Source: Nitrospirota bacterium (GTDB lineage: Bacteria; JACPQY01). From it: a stretch of DNA of 20,000 nucleotides. The stretch is from contig JACPAV010000025.1 in NCBI GenBank assembly GCA_016180645.1, positions 47,884-67,883 of the forward strand. Reading direction: 5' to 3'. The notes beneath the pieces were generated by a model that was given only the letters and a program-made list of their open reading frames with translations, made no database searches and was not told where the DNA came from. Of this stretch, positions 8,209-16,234 are shown piece by piece (position 1 is the stretch's first letter; every line of letters begins with the position of its first letter). The position numbers and the translations under genes were made by a program.

Positions 8209-9752
8209 AGGCCGGCGCGGCTCAGAAGCCTGCGCACGGCGTCCACCCCGACTTCCAAATCCGACTTGGACAGAATCCGGTCGATCGTGTGGGGCCTAAT
8301 CTCTGTCTCCACCTTGGCGCGAGCCCGATCGGTAAGCTCTTGCGAAACGGCGAGGTCCTTCGCGGCCGTTCCGATCTTGTCCGCCTGTTCCTCCGTGAGC
8401 GGCACGGCCCCCCAGCGCCTGAGCTGCTCCCTGTAGAGGCCAAGGTAGTAGAACCTTTCTTCAAGAACGTTTTCCATCCTTGAGACCAGAGCGTCATCCA
8501 GCGAACCCGGCTTGCGGCTCCCTTCGAGAATGATGCTGAAGAACTCCCGGCTGTCGGAGGCGAGGCGCTTCAAGTTGGATGCGACGGGGTCGAGCATTTC
8601 GAGCGGCTGGAACTGGGGATCTCCTTCGGGCGGCTTCCAGCGGCCGGAACCGGCGCGTGATGGCGTGGGGCCCGCGGCCTTGTTGCGGATCTCCTGTCCG
8701 CCTTGGCGGAACGCGGGTAGGCTCGCCGATTTGGTGGCGGTCCGGCAGCAGAACTTGTATTTCTTGCCGCTCCCGCAAGGGCAGGGGGCGTAGACATCGC
8801 CTGGAGGCATGCCGACCCCAGGCGTCACGTCCCGCCCTTTCAGGAGGTCTTCGGGAGCGAAACCGAGATTGTCCAGGTCGAGGTTCCCGTCGGCAAAATC
8901 ACCCGCAAGGACGGAACTGAGCGACCCCAGCATGGACTCGCTCTCCTTGCGCATCTGGTCCAGACGGTCTGTACCCACCCGGTGGAGGAGATCGTTGAGC
9001 GGCCCCCGGTTGCCGTTTTCCGCCTCGCGGCACGCCGCGTTGAACTCGTTCGAGATCTCGCCCCACTTTTCGCGCCACGCGGCCATGAGACCATCGCGAT
9101 CCCGCACGCGCTCCTCGTGTGAGGAGGGACTCGCGACGGTTTCGGCAGGAGGCGTGAACGAGAGATCGAACCGCGCCCGTTCTTTCGCGTCGCCCAGGAG
9201 CGACGTCAGGAACCGGCTGCGGGCCGATCGGCCGACCTCCCGGAAGCCCTCGAAGGCCTTGGGAGAAAGATCCCGAACGTGTGCGAAGACGCGCGAGACC
9301 TTAAGGATGCCCTCCTGGACCGACGCGAGAACGCGGGCCATGTCGTCCCACGATTCTCGAATGAGGTCTTCATTGATTTCGGGCATCGTGGCCTCGGCGA
9401 AACCGAGCCGCCTGCGGATCGCGGGTGGGGCCAGGATCGGGTAGACCCCCATGCGCTTCATGACGAGTTTCAGGCGGAAAGAGAGCATTTCCGTCAGGCC
9501 GAAGGCGAGGTCAACCCACTCGGTGAACTTTCCGACTGATTTTTCGCGCTCCAACCGGAACCACTCGGAAGCATGCGGATACTCGTCGCGCGTGACGACC
9601 TTCTCCCCGGCAGGATCGGAACGCTTGCCGACCTCGGTGATGGCGAGACCGCGTGTCCGCGCGTCATCGAGGAGTTTGTCCAGGTGGGCGAAGACGAGAG
9701 GGAGATCCTCCTCGGTCACGACCAAGTTGCGCGCGGGACACTTTTCAGCCAC
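8205..9752 (-). CDS. SEC-C motif protein (~515 aa)
   Basis: PCPCGSGKKYKFCC; GGAGG 6 nt before GTG at 9752, which removes the overlap with the divergent gene. Confidence 0.8.
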   Translation of the reverse strand: MAEKCPARNLVVTEEDLPLVFAHLDKLLDDARTRGLAITEVGKRSDPAGEKVVTRDEYPHASEWFRLEREKSVGKFTEWVDLAFGLTEMLSFRLKLVMKRMGVYPILAPPAIRRRLGFAEATMPEINEDLIRESWDDMARVLASVQEGILKVSRVFAHVRDLSPKAFEGFREVGRSARSRFLTSLLGDAKERARFDLSFTPPAETVASPSSHEERVRDRDGLMAAWREKWGEISNEFNAACREAENGNRGPLNDLLHRVGTDRLDQMRKESESMLGSLSSVLAGDFADGNLDLDNLGFAPEDLLKGRDVTPGVGMPPGDVYAPCPCGSGKKYKFCCRTATKSASLPAFRQGGQEIRNKAAGPTPSRAGSGRWKPPEGDPQFQPLEMLDPVASNLKRLASDSREFFSIILEGSRKPGSLDDALVSRMENVLEERFYYLGLYREQLRRWGAVPLTEEQADKIGTAAKDLAVSQELTDRARAKVETEIRPHTIDRILSKSDLEVGVDAVRRLLSRAGL

Positions 9753-9858
9753 CGGGATCCTCCATTGCGTGCCGTACCACGGCACATGCCGGGCCGTCAA
9801 GGTGAAGCACCGAAATCCGAGCGTTGAGTGCCTGGCCCCGGAAGGACATAATCCGGGC

Positions 9859-11223
9859 GTGGATTGGAGAATCATGCTGACGGTCTTTCTGCTGCTTGCA
9901 CCCGCCGGTGTCGGTTGCGCGGGTGACGGTGAGACATGCGGTTCGTCGGCGTCCTCCGTGACGCCGTTCCGCGCGGGAAAAGACTTCATCTACGACGCCT
10001 CGGAGAGGGTCACAATTCCGAGAGGTGTGAACGTCCCCGGCAACTACGACTATCCGTTCAAGTACACATCGGCGGATCTGGACCTGATCGCCTCTTTCGG
10101 CTTCAACTTCATCCGGCTCGGGATTTCCTGGAAGCACATGGAGCCGAAGGAAGGGACCTATGACATGGCGCACGTCGATCAATACCGAAACTTCATCCGT
10201 GAGGCGGGTGAGCGCGGCATCTATGCCATGATCGAGGTCCACCAAGTCAACTGGTGCATGAAAGGGGGCGACGTCCCCGAATGGATGTGCGAGGAAATAC
10301 CCCCATTGTGGGACGACCTCGGGACGATCCTTAAAGAGGCTGACCGCTTCTGGAAAAGCGAGGAACTTCGGGCCAAACTCATTCGCTTCTGGATATTTCT
10401 GGCTCGGAACTTCAACGATCTTGACTCCCTTTTCGGCTATGACATCCTCAACGAGCCCACATCGAGTTACGGCATCCTTTTCGGGGAATTCGAGAAGTGT
10501 TGCCTCTTCCCCTTCTACCGGAACGTCATTTCAGCCATAAGAGAGGTCGACTCGCGCAGACCCATTGCTCTGGAGCCGAACGTCCTTTCCACCGCGCTTC
10601 GCGACTACACCGAGCCCTTCCCCTACGACAACCTGCTGTTCTCGCCGCATCCCTACTTTCCCCACACCTACGGGGGGCAAGGGCTCATCATCTTGGCGAA
10701 AGAAACGCCTGTAGACATCAGGGAAAAGTATGGGAGGTACGTCCAAGAGGCGAAAGTCATGGGCGTTCCTGTCCTTGTGGGCGAATACGGGGGTCCGGAA
10801 GAAGACAAGCATGACTTTGTGCCCGCGTGGTTGGAAGAAAGCCATCGAATGCAGGACCAGTATCTGTTGGGAGCCGCCTACTGGGTGTATAACCCCGACG
10901 ACACGATGTGGTCCATCGTAGACAGGAACAGAACCCCGAAGCCCTACTATCTTGAGCGGCTCCGGCGACCCTACCCGAGATTCACCGCCGGCATCCCGCT
11001 CTCGCTTTCCTTCGACCGTTCGGAGGGGCACTTTTCCTACTCGTACGCGCCGTCCGGCGGCTCGTGCGGCACGACGGAGATATTCCTGCCGCAGGCCATG
11101 ATGGAAACGGGCCACCTGCGCGTGGCGGGGGCGCGAAAATGGTCGTACGATCCGAGCCGGGAGGTGCTCGCTGTCGGGAGCGCGAGGGCGAAAGAAGTCC
11201 ATGTCGAAATCGCGTCCGAGTAG
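9859..11223 (+). CDS. GH5 endoglycoceramidase-like glycoside hydrolase, predicted lipoprotein (start 9859 or 9874)
   Basis: RGVNV, GFNFIRLGISWKHMEP, acid/base GYDILNEP, nucleophile VLVGEYG, RPYPRFTAGIP before a C-terminal beta domain; signal LLLAPAGVGC. Confidence 0.9.
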   Translation: MDWRIMLTVFLLLAPAGVGCAGDGETCGSSASSVTPFRAGKDFIYDASERVTIPRGVNVPGNYDYPFKYTSADLDLIASFGFNFIRLGISWKHMEPKEGTYDMAHVDQYRNFIREAGERGIYAMIEVHQVNWCMKGGDVPEWMCEEIPPLWDDLGTILKEADRFWKSEELRAKLIRFWIFLARNFNDLDSLFGYDILNEPTSSYGILFGEFEKCCLFPFYRNVISAIREVDSRRPIALEPNVLSTALRDYTEPFPYDNLLFSPHPYFPHTYGGQGLIILAKETPVDIREKYGRYVQEAKVMGVPVLVGEYGGPEEDKHDFVPAWLEESHRMQDQYLLGAAYWVYNPDDTMWSIVDRNRTPKPYYLERLRRPYPRFTAGIPLSLSFDRSEGHFSYSYAPSGGSCGTTEIFLPQAMMETGHLRVAGARKWSYDPSREVLAVGSARAKEVHVEIASE

Positions 11224-12085
11224 GAGACTTGCGCGCCGCCTGCTGGTTCTCGCGTCGGTCGGGGTGCTCGTTTCCTGTGGCGGGGAAAGTGGTCCTGCCG
11301 CCGTGGACACGGGCCGGACAGAGATGGAGGGCCTTGTGGCCTGGACGAAAAATCCATCGCTTCAGAAAGGACTGGGGCTGTGGGAAGCGCGGACGTTCTG
11401 TTGGACGATCGGCGGGGACTGTCGAGACAACATTCGGTCAAGCCGGGCGGAGTGGACGGGGGACGGGAACGTGTATCTGCGGGCCGAGGATGAGAACATG
11501 GGAGACCTCGGAACTCACGTGGCCGCCCTCACCCAGGGGACGGATTTCGACGGTCACCCTCGGGGGACGTCGCTGCTGCAGATCAGGAACGGCGATGTTG
11601 AAGCGGCGTACATTCTGTTCGACCGCTCCGACGCGGGCGCCACGGGCTGCTCCGGCGTTGCCGGTTCGGGCAACATCATCAATTTCTGGCTCCGCCATCC
11701 TGAAACGGGCGCCCGCTGGGTGACGGACTTCTACTTCGAGACGGTCGGCCTAAACGCCGGCTTCGGGGAGCGGGCCGCGCCGCACAACGAGTTCGTCCAG
11801 GAAAGGACCCTGCTCGGCATCGACTGGTACGCCTACCAGTTCGAAATCACCAAGTTCCCCGACTACTGGAGCAAGACCGTCGACGCCGAAGGTGTGGAAC
11901 ACTGGGTCATCAACTTGAAGGCGTTGCTCGACCGGGGCGCGGCGTTCTCCGGACGGGACCTGAAGAACTATGTTTGGCACTACGTCGAAGTGGTCTCGGA
12001 GAACGTCTGCGCCGGAGGGAAAGTCGGCGAAAGCGCCTCTTGGCAGCGCGTCCACTATTTCGAAATCCGGATGAAGCTTCGCTGA
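11201..12085 (+). CDS. Hypothetical lipoprotein (294 aa)
   Basis: Basic N-terminus, LLVLASVGVLVSC lipobox; overlaps the GH5 stop; paralogous fragment at 17308-17511. Confidence 0.75.
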   Translation: MSKSRPSRRLARRLLVLASVGVLVSCGGESGPAAVDTGRTEMEGLVAWTKNPSLQKGLGLWEARTFCWTIGGDCRDNIRSSRAEWTGDGNVYLRAEDENMGDLGTHVAALTQGTDFDGHPRGTSLLQIRNGDVEAAYILFDRSDAGATGCSGVAGSGNIINFWLRHPETGARWVTDFYFETVGLNAGFGERAAPHNEFVQERTLLGIDWYAYQFEITKFPDYWSKTVDAEGVEHWVINLKALLDRGAAFSGRDLKNYVWHYVEVVSENVCAGGKVGESASWQRVHYFEIRMKLR

Positions 12086-12225
12086 TGCGACGCCGTCCGA
12101 TCCTCGACCGGGGAGACGTCTCTTACCTGTATAGGTCAGGCCACTTCGCTCGGTGCGAGGGGATAGCCAGGATAGCGTGTCGCACGTTACCCCCACCGGG
12201 GGCCTGGGATACAGGCCAGAGCGGT

Positions 12226-12439
12226 ATGCATGAAAGGGCTTGCGCGGGTCATCGGGAACAGTTGGCGATATGCGTTCGTTGCCACGTAACCCTCTGCGGT
12301 CGCGAGGTCCGATGCCGCCATTGTAGGATGCTTTTCCCGACCGTGAATCCGCCGGCTGGCGGAGAGCGGCGCGCTCATGGCAGTTCTCCTGGCCCTTTCC
12401 GCTTTCGCCGTGGGCTTGGCGCTTTGAATCCAGGGCTGA
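12226..12439 (+). pseudogene. Frameshifted paralog of the 6860-7066 zinc-ribbon/TM gene
   Basis: CVRCHVTLCGREVRCRHCRMLFP in one frame; SGALMAVLLALSAFAVGLAL*IQG* in another, with an internal TGA at 12425. Confidence 0.7.
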
Positions 12440-12897
12440 TGGCGTCGCTTGCGGTCTTGCTCTGAGCCGGAAACCTCAGCCGATCCACCGCCGCGGCCAA
12501 TTCCTCTGTCTTTCGCTCCCTCGCGTACTCGGCAAGCTGCCCAACGGTCTCGTCGGGGAGCGGCAGCGCGGCACCGAGCATCCGGACCAGACACCGCTTG
12601 CAGACCCTTGTGGAAGGGATCCGCATCCCTTCCTTTTCGTTCTGGTAGTAGGTTTCGCCCTCCCGGATCTTGGCGCGGCAGTCGCAACGGTGCTCTTTGC
12701 GCGCCTGGACGGGACGGAATTCCCAGAAAGCGCGGCCGATGCGGTTGAACAGCGTAAGGGCATTCTGAAAACTCCCCTCCGAACTGAAGAAGGAATGCCA
12801 TGACCGGTCGAGTCTGGCGCGCGTCACCTGCTGCGCACTGCGGGCAGTGGTCTGGCCATTCGACGAGGGCAGCCGGCGTGGTTTTCGGCTCAGGCGT
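12375..12897 (-). pseudogene. Probable frameshifted Cys-rich zinc-finger gene
   Basis: C-terminal frame ARKEHRCDCRAKIREGETYY...VCKRC; N-terminal CPQC segment in another frame, starting at ACG (12895-12897) overlapping the upstream stop. Confidence 0.45.
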
Positions 12898-14344
12898 GCC
12901 GCTCTTCCACCTTCTCCACGAAGGCGAGAACTCTCGCGGCGAGTTCCCGGCCCCTGTGGACAGCGGCCTCGAACGCCCGGAGTTCCTCTCCACGCCCCTC
13001 GACGGCCGGATCCCCTCTCCACGCGTCCAGAAGGCGGCAGTACGCCAGGAGGGACTGGTTGTTCTGGGACCACCCCGAACGAATCCGACCGCAGACAACC
13101 GGATGGAGCGACCCTCTCAGGCGCGCGGCCTCCTCGATGATCCCGGCGAAGAAAACGGCGTTATCGAGCCAAGTCCCGACTTTTTCGCGAAGCTTCGGGA
13201 ACTCATCGGAGGAGGGAACAAGCGGATTGCCGTACCGGTCGGTCGGAGGCAGATCGAGCAGCTCGGGCCCGCTCCCGTCCAAACCGGGCTCGCCGAAAAC
13301 CTGCCTGCGAATCCGGTTCACCGCGCCGATGATTTCCTTCAGGAAAGGCGACGGCGCAAAATCGGTCTCCTTGAGGTCTCCCGTCTGGAGGGCTTCGGCG
13401 ACAAGAGACATAATCTGAAGCTGGAGCGCTTCGTGCTCCCGGAGCATCTCCTCGCGTTCATGTTCGGGTAAGGTATGAGCCACGCGGCGCGCCGCGGACT
13501 CGCCTCCCGAGACCTGAGCCGCCTGAACTTGCTTGAAGACCGATCCCCATCTCTCCTCGAAGACCTGGCGCCGCGCCATGAAGCTCACCCACCGAGGGTC
13601 ACCCCAGTCAACCTGTCCGCGTCGCTCCGGACGGGGGCCGACGTAGTTGCCTTCCTTGTCGCGCCAGAGGGGCCAGTGAGGAACGAGTCGACGGTCCCGG
13701 AACTCTTTGTCCCTGATATAGCGCATGTAGAAAACGCTGCCGATCGCGCGACCAAGCTCCCGATACCCCTTGAACAGATGGGGGAACTCCACCGGCAGGC
13801 GTTCGAACGCCTTCGAGGCCGGCAGCCGATAGGTGAGAACGGAGGCGGCGATCCGACACATCTCGTCCCAATGCTCCTCGAAGTGCTTCTTCTTCACTAC
13901 GCCTCCGAAACATTTCTGCGCCTTGGGCGGCAGCTTCTGGCCGGGCATGGAGTAGAGCTTGAAGGTGCTCCCCGGGGAGAGGAAGAGATGGAGCTCGAAG
14001 CCCATCAGGTGCATGAAACCGAACGCGCAGTCGATCACTTCGCTCCTCGGTATCCCGGGCGGCCATCCCCGGACGGCGTCGCCCCCGCCCAGTTCGTAGT
14101 CCACGGGCATGGCCGCGACGATTTCCTCTTCCTCGTTCCGAGGGAGCTTCGCGAGCGTCGTCCCCTGGCTTTCCGCGCGGTTCTTGAACCCGTCAATCAA
14201 TCTGAAGGCGATAGGGATCTCGGACTCGTGCGCGACGAAGATTTTCGGGATGGAAGTGAGCTTCTCCTCCAACGATCCTCCGACTCCGCTTTCGTAGCAC
14301 TTGACCCGCCGCGCGTCAACGGCATCCACCCACGGGTGTTGCAC
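12890..14344 (-). CDS. 484-aa protein with an internal degenerate Tn3-transposase-like segment
   Basis: AFGFMHLMGFEL...KLY...EEHWDEMCRIAASV...PAS...YRELGRAIGSVFYMRYIRDKEFR resembles Tn3 TnpA (FAL.HLLGF...LY...I..HWDD.LR.AASI...AS...LRELGRIERTLF.L.Y..D..LR). Confidence 0.65.
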   Translation of the reverse strand: MQHPWVDAVDARRVKCYESGVGGSLEEKLTSIPKIFVAHESEIPIAFRLIDGFKNRAESQGTTLAKLPRNEEEEIVAAMPVDYELGGGDAVRGWPPGIPRSEVIDCAFGFMHLMGFELHLFLSPGSTFKLYSMPGQKLPPKAQKCFGGVVKKKHFEEHWDEMCRIAASVLTYRLPASKAFERLPVEFPHLFKGYRELGRAIGSVFYMRYIRDKEFRDRRLVPHWPLWRDKEGNYVGPRPERRGQVDWGDPRWVSFMARRQVFEERWGSVFKQVQAAQVSGGESAARRVAHTLPEHEREEMLREHEALQLQIMSLVAEALQTGDLKETDFAPSPFLKEIIGAVNRIRRQVFGEPGLDGSGPELLDLPPTDRYGNPLVPSSDEFPKLREKVGTWLDNAVFFAGIIEEAARLRGSLHPVVCGRIRSGWSQNNQSLLAYCRLLDAWRGDPAVEGRGEELRAFEAAVHRGRELAARVLAFVEKVEERHA

Positions 14345-14462
14345 GCCTGCGTACCCCTGTTCAACCGGTGCGTCAAAAGCCGGTCCCGCATGCCGGAGGA
14401 ATATCGAGCCGAAGGCGCAACGTTCGGCCTCGTCTCCCCGACAGAACCGTCACTTGAACTTC

Positions 14463-14536
14463 CGGTCCCGGCCGGACTTGAACCGGCTTTCTCCGCCTTG
14501 ACGGGGCGGCGTCTCGACTGCTTCGACTTCGGGACC
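14463..14536 (-). tRNA. tRNA-Asp(GTC), C33, A8
   Basis: Cloverleaf; CCGCC-CCGTCAA-GGCGG. Confidence 0.9.
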
Positions 14537-14538
14537 CT

Positions 14539-14578
14539 CGCTCCTGCCCGGATTGGAACCGAGGTCTACGGCAGGAGC
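14539..14578 (-). pseudogene. 40-nt tRNA remnant (acceptor stem + T arm only)
   Basis: GCTCCTG-ccgtagac-CTCGG-TTCCAAT-CCGGG-CAGGAGC-G. Confidence 0.7.
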
Positions 14579-14588
14579 CTGGAAACTG

Positions 14589-14660
14589 TGGCCCGTGCGA
14601 GAGTCGCACTCGCTTCACCGGATTGAAAGTCCAGTATCCTAACTCGTAGACGAACGGGCC
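14589..14660 (-). tRNA. tRNA-Glu(TTC)
   Basis: CTGGA-CTTTCAA-TCCGG; T loop TGCGACT. Confidence 0.9.
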
Positions 14661-14661
14661 G

Positions 14662-14734
14662 TGGCTCGAAAAGGATTCGCACCTTTGCCTGCGCCTTATG
14701 AGAGCGCCGTGCCTGCTGATTACACCATCGAGCC
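14662..14734 (-). tRNA. tRNA-CAT, elongator Met-like
   Basis: GCGCT-CTCATAA-GGCGC; paired 1-72; Ile2 not excluded. Confidence 0.85.
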
Positions 14735-14736
14735 TC

Positions 14737-14811
14737 TGGTAGCGGGTCCAGGATTTGCACCTGGGATCTCGTGGTTATGAGCCACGCGAGATACTACTTC
14801 TCCAACCCGCG
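14737..14811 (-). tRNA. tRNA-fMet-like (CAT), CCA encoded
   Basis: 5' CGCGGG with C1xU72 mismatch; CGTGG-CTCATAA-CCACG. Confidence 0.85.
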
Positions 14812-14901
14812 ATCAGGAGCTCGACTATTGAAAGTAGTGTGGTAGGTTATCGCTCGCGCATTCGCGGGCGATCTTCGTAGAAGGATTCCGCGCCCATCCG
14901 G

Positions 14902-14972
14902 ACACGGCTGCGGGAGTTGCACCCGCCTGATGTGGGTTGCAGCCACACGCCTACCTGCTCGGCCAAGCCGTG
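14902..14972 (-). tRNA. tRNA-Cys(GCA)
   Basis: TGTGG-CTGCAAC-CCACA; U73. Confidence 0.9.
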
Positions 14973-15036
14973 CGCGGATAAACGCGGACTACAGTCCGTC
15001 TCGAAAGAAATCGTTACAGCCATCGTGTGATCTCCG

Positions 15037-15109
15037 CTGGGGAGGTGGGTCTCGATCCCACAACTTCCTGATTAACAGTCAGGCCCGTTGCCGATTGCGG
15101 TACTCCCCA
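15037..15109 (-). tRNA. tRNA-Asn(GTT)
   Basis: CCTGA-CTGTTAA-TCAGG; T loop ATCGAGA. Confidence 0.9.
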
Positions 15110-15201
15110 GCGCAGACCACGCGCCAGAGAGTTCCTATTGCCCGGACCCAGTTTCTTCATGCCCATCATGGTACTCCTTTCGTCATTCTCTCGTCAAACT
15201 T

Positions 15202-15273
15202 CAGGGAAGCAGGGACTCGAACCCTGGTCTGCGCTTTTGGAGAGCGCATGATTGGCCGCCATCTTCCTCCCCT
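15202..15273 (-). tRNA. tRNA-Trp(CCA)
   Basis: GCGCT-CTCCAAA-AGCGC; weak D arm, G8. Confidence 0.85.
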
Positions 15274-15275
15274 GT

Positions 15276-15347
15276 TCGGCGCGGGAAGGTACGATCTTCC
15301 GTCTGTCGGTTATAAGCCGACTGCTCTCCCTATTGAGCTACACGCCG
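15276..15347 (-). tRNA. tRNA-Ile(TAT)
   Basis: GTCGG-CTTATAA-CCGAC; A73. Confidence 0.9.
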
Positions 15348-15354
15348 TAACCTT

Positions 15355-15440
15355 CGGAAGGTGAGGGAATTGAACCCCCGCCGGACGTGCCGGGATCGGT
15401 TAGCAACCGATTGCGACAAACCGACATTCGCCTACCTTCC
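15355..15440 (-). tRNA. tRNA-Ser(GCT)
   Basis: ATCGG-TTGCTAA-CCGAT; long variable arm. Confidence 0.9.
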
Positions 15441-15444
15441 AAGC

Positions 15445-15519
15445 TGGAGCCTCCGGCCAGTATTGATCTGGCTTCTCCGCGTTACGAGTGCGGTGCATCA
15501 CCTTTTATGCTTCAGAGGC
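15445..15519 (-). tRNA. tRNA-Thr(CGT), CCA encoded
   Basis: CCGCA-CTCGTAA-CGCGG. Confidence 0.85.
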
Positions 15520-15522
15520 ACG

Positions 15523-15594
15523 AGCCGCCGGAGGGCGTCGATCCCTCTTTTCCTGGGTACAGGCCAGGCGTCTTTCCATCTCGACCTCAGCGGC
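15523..15594 (-). tRNA. tRNA-Thr(TGT), C33
   Basis: CCTGG-CCTGTAC-CCAGG. Confidence 0.85.
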
Positions 15595-15601
15595 AGAACT
15601 T

Positions 15602-15672
15602 TGCGGGAGCGGGGACTTGATCCCCGGCTTCAGGCTTGGAAGGCCCGCTTGCTTCCACTACAACACTCCCGC
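15602..15672 (-). tRNA. tRNA-Gly(TCC)
   Basis: CGGGC-CTTCCAA-GCCTG; acceptor GCGGGAG/CTCCCGC. Confidence 0.9.
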
Positions 15673-15679
15673 TCATGTT

Positions 15680-15866
15680 TGCGCGGGGCCGGCCTCGATC
15701 CGGCATGGACCTGTGTGTAGGACAGGCGGCTCTCCATTCACCCCGCACCAATCCCGAAACAAGCGTGTTGATGTTGAAAACACGAAAGGCGAAGCCGCCT
15801 TCGGCTACAAATCAACACCTGTGCAGACGCAAACACAGGATTGGTGCGGGGTTCGCCTACCCGCGC
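15680..15866 (-). tRNA. tRNA-Val(TAC) interrupted in the D loop
   Basis: 5' piece GCGCGGG-TA-GGCGA (15866-15853) pairs with 3' CCCGCGC-A; 3' piece has CCTGT-CCTACAC-ACAGG; removing 115 nt yields a 72-nt cloverleaf. Confidence 0.85.
15740..15852. mobile_element. 113-nt MITE-like or intron-like insertion in the tRNA-Val D loop
   Basis: Perfect 15-bp TIR ACCCCGCACCAATCC (15740-15754)/GGATTGGTGCGGGGT (15838-15852); TC direct repeat on both flanks; internal stem GTGTTGAT/ATCAACAC. Confidence 0.75.
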
Positions 15867-15874
15867 TTCAAATT

Positions 15875-15946
15875 TGCGGAGTGCGGGCTTCGATCCCCAC
15901 CCTTCCGCATACCAAACGGACGCACATCCAACCGTGCTCTAGCGGC
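15875..15946 (-). pseudogene. Chimeric tRNA: Thr(GGT) 5' part with Gly-type 3' end
   Basis: 5' GCCGCTA cannot pair with 3' ACTCCGC-A; anticodon arm TCCGT-TTGGTAT-GCGGA intact. Confidence 0.75.
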
Positions 15947-15953
15947 GAAACTT

Positions 15954-16040
15954 CGGAGAGGGTGGGATTCGGACCCACGTCCGCCGGTCGGCGGATTCGG
16001 TTTTCAGGACCGATGCCTTCAACCACTCGGCCACCTCTCC
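15954..16040 (-). tRNA. tRNA-Ser(TGA), C33, C55
   Basis: TCGGT-CCTGAAA-ACCGA; long variable arm. Confidence 0.9.
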
Positions 16041-16045
16041 CAACT

Positions 16046-16137
16046 TGGCGGTAGCGGGAGGGGTCGAACCTCCAGTCCACGTCTTCACGGGACGCCGCCT
16101 TTCCACGACGGCGGTTTCACCATTCACCCACGCTACC
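16046..16137 (-). tRNA. tRNA-Ser(GGA), CCA encoded
   Basis: CCGTC-GTGGAAA-GGCGG; long variable arm. Confidence 0.9.
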
Positions 16138-16144
16138 AAACGGA

Positions 16145-16229
16145 CGGAGGGTGCTGGATTCGGACCAGCGGACCCTTTCGGGCCTCCCGCTTTCGAGGCG
16201 GGTGGATTCAACCGCTCTCCCAACCCTCC
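16145..16229 (-). tRNA. tRNA-Ser(CGA), C55
   Basis: CCCGC-CTCGAAA-GCGGG. Confidence 0.9.
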
Positions 16230-16234
16230 AAATT

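Noticed and set aside
9451-9989. Apparent 540-nt head-to-head overlap of SEC-C and GH5 genes
   Set aside because: SD-supported starts at 9752 (-) and 9859/9874 (+) remove it.
13475-14626. 383-aa plus-strand ORF
   Set aside because: Antisense to the Tn3-like CDS and overlaps tRNA-Asp.
14983-14998. CGGACTGTAGTCCG resembling a Tyr anticodon arm
   Set aside because: Loop is too short and no acceptor or T arm surrounds it.
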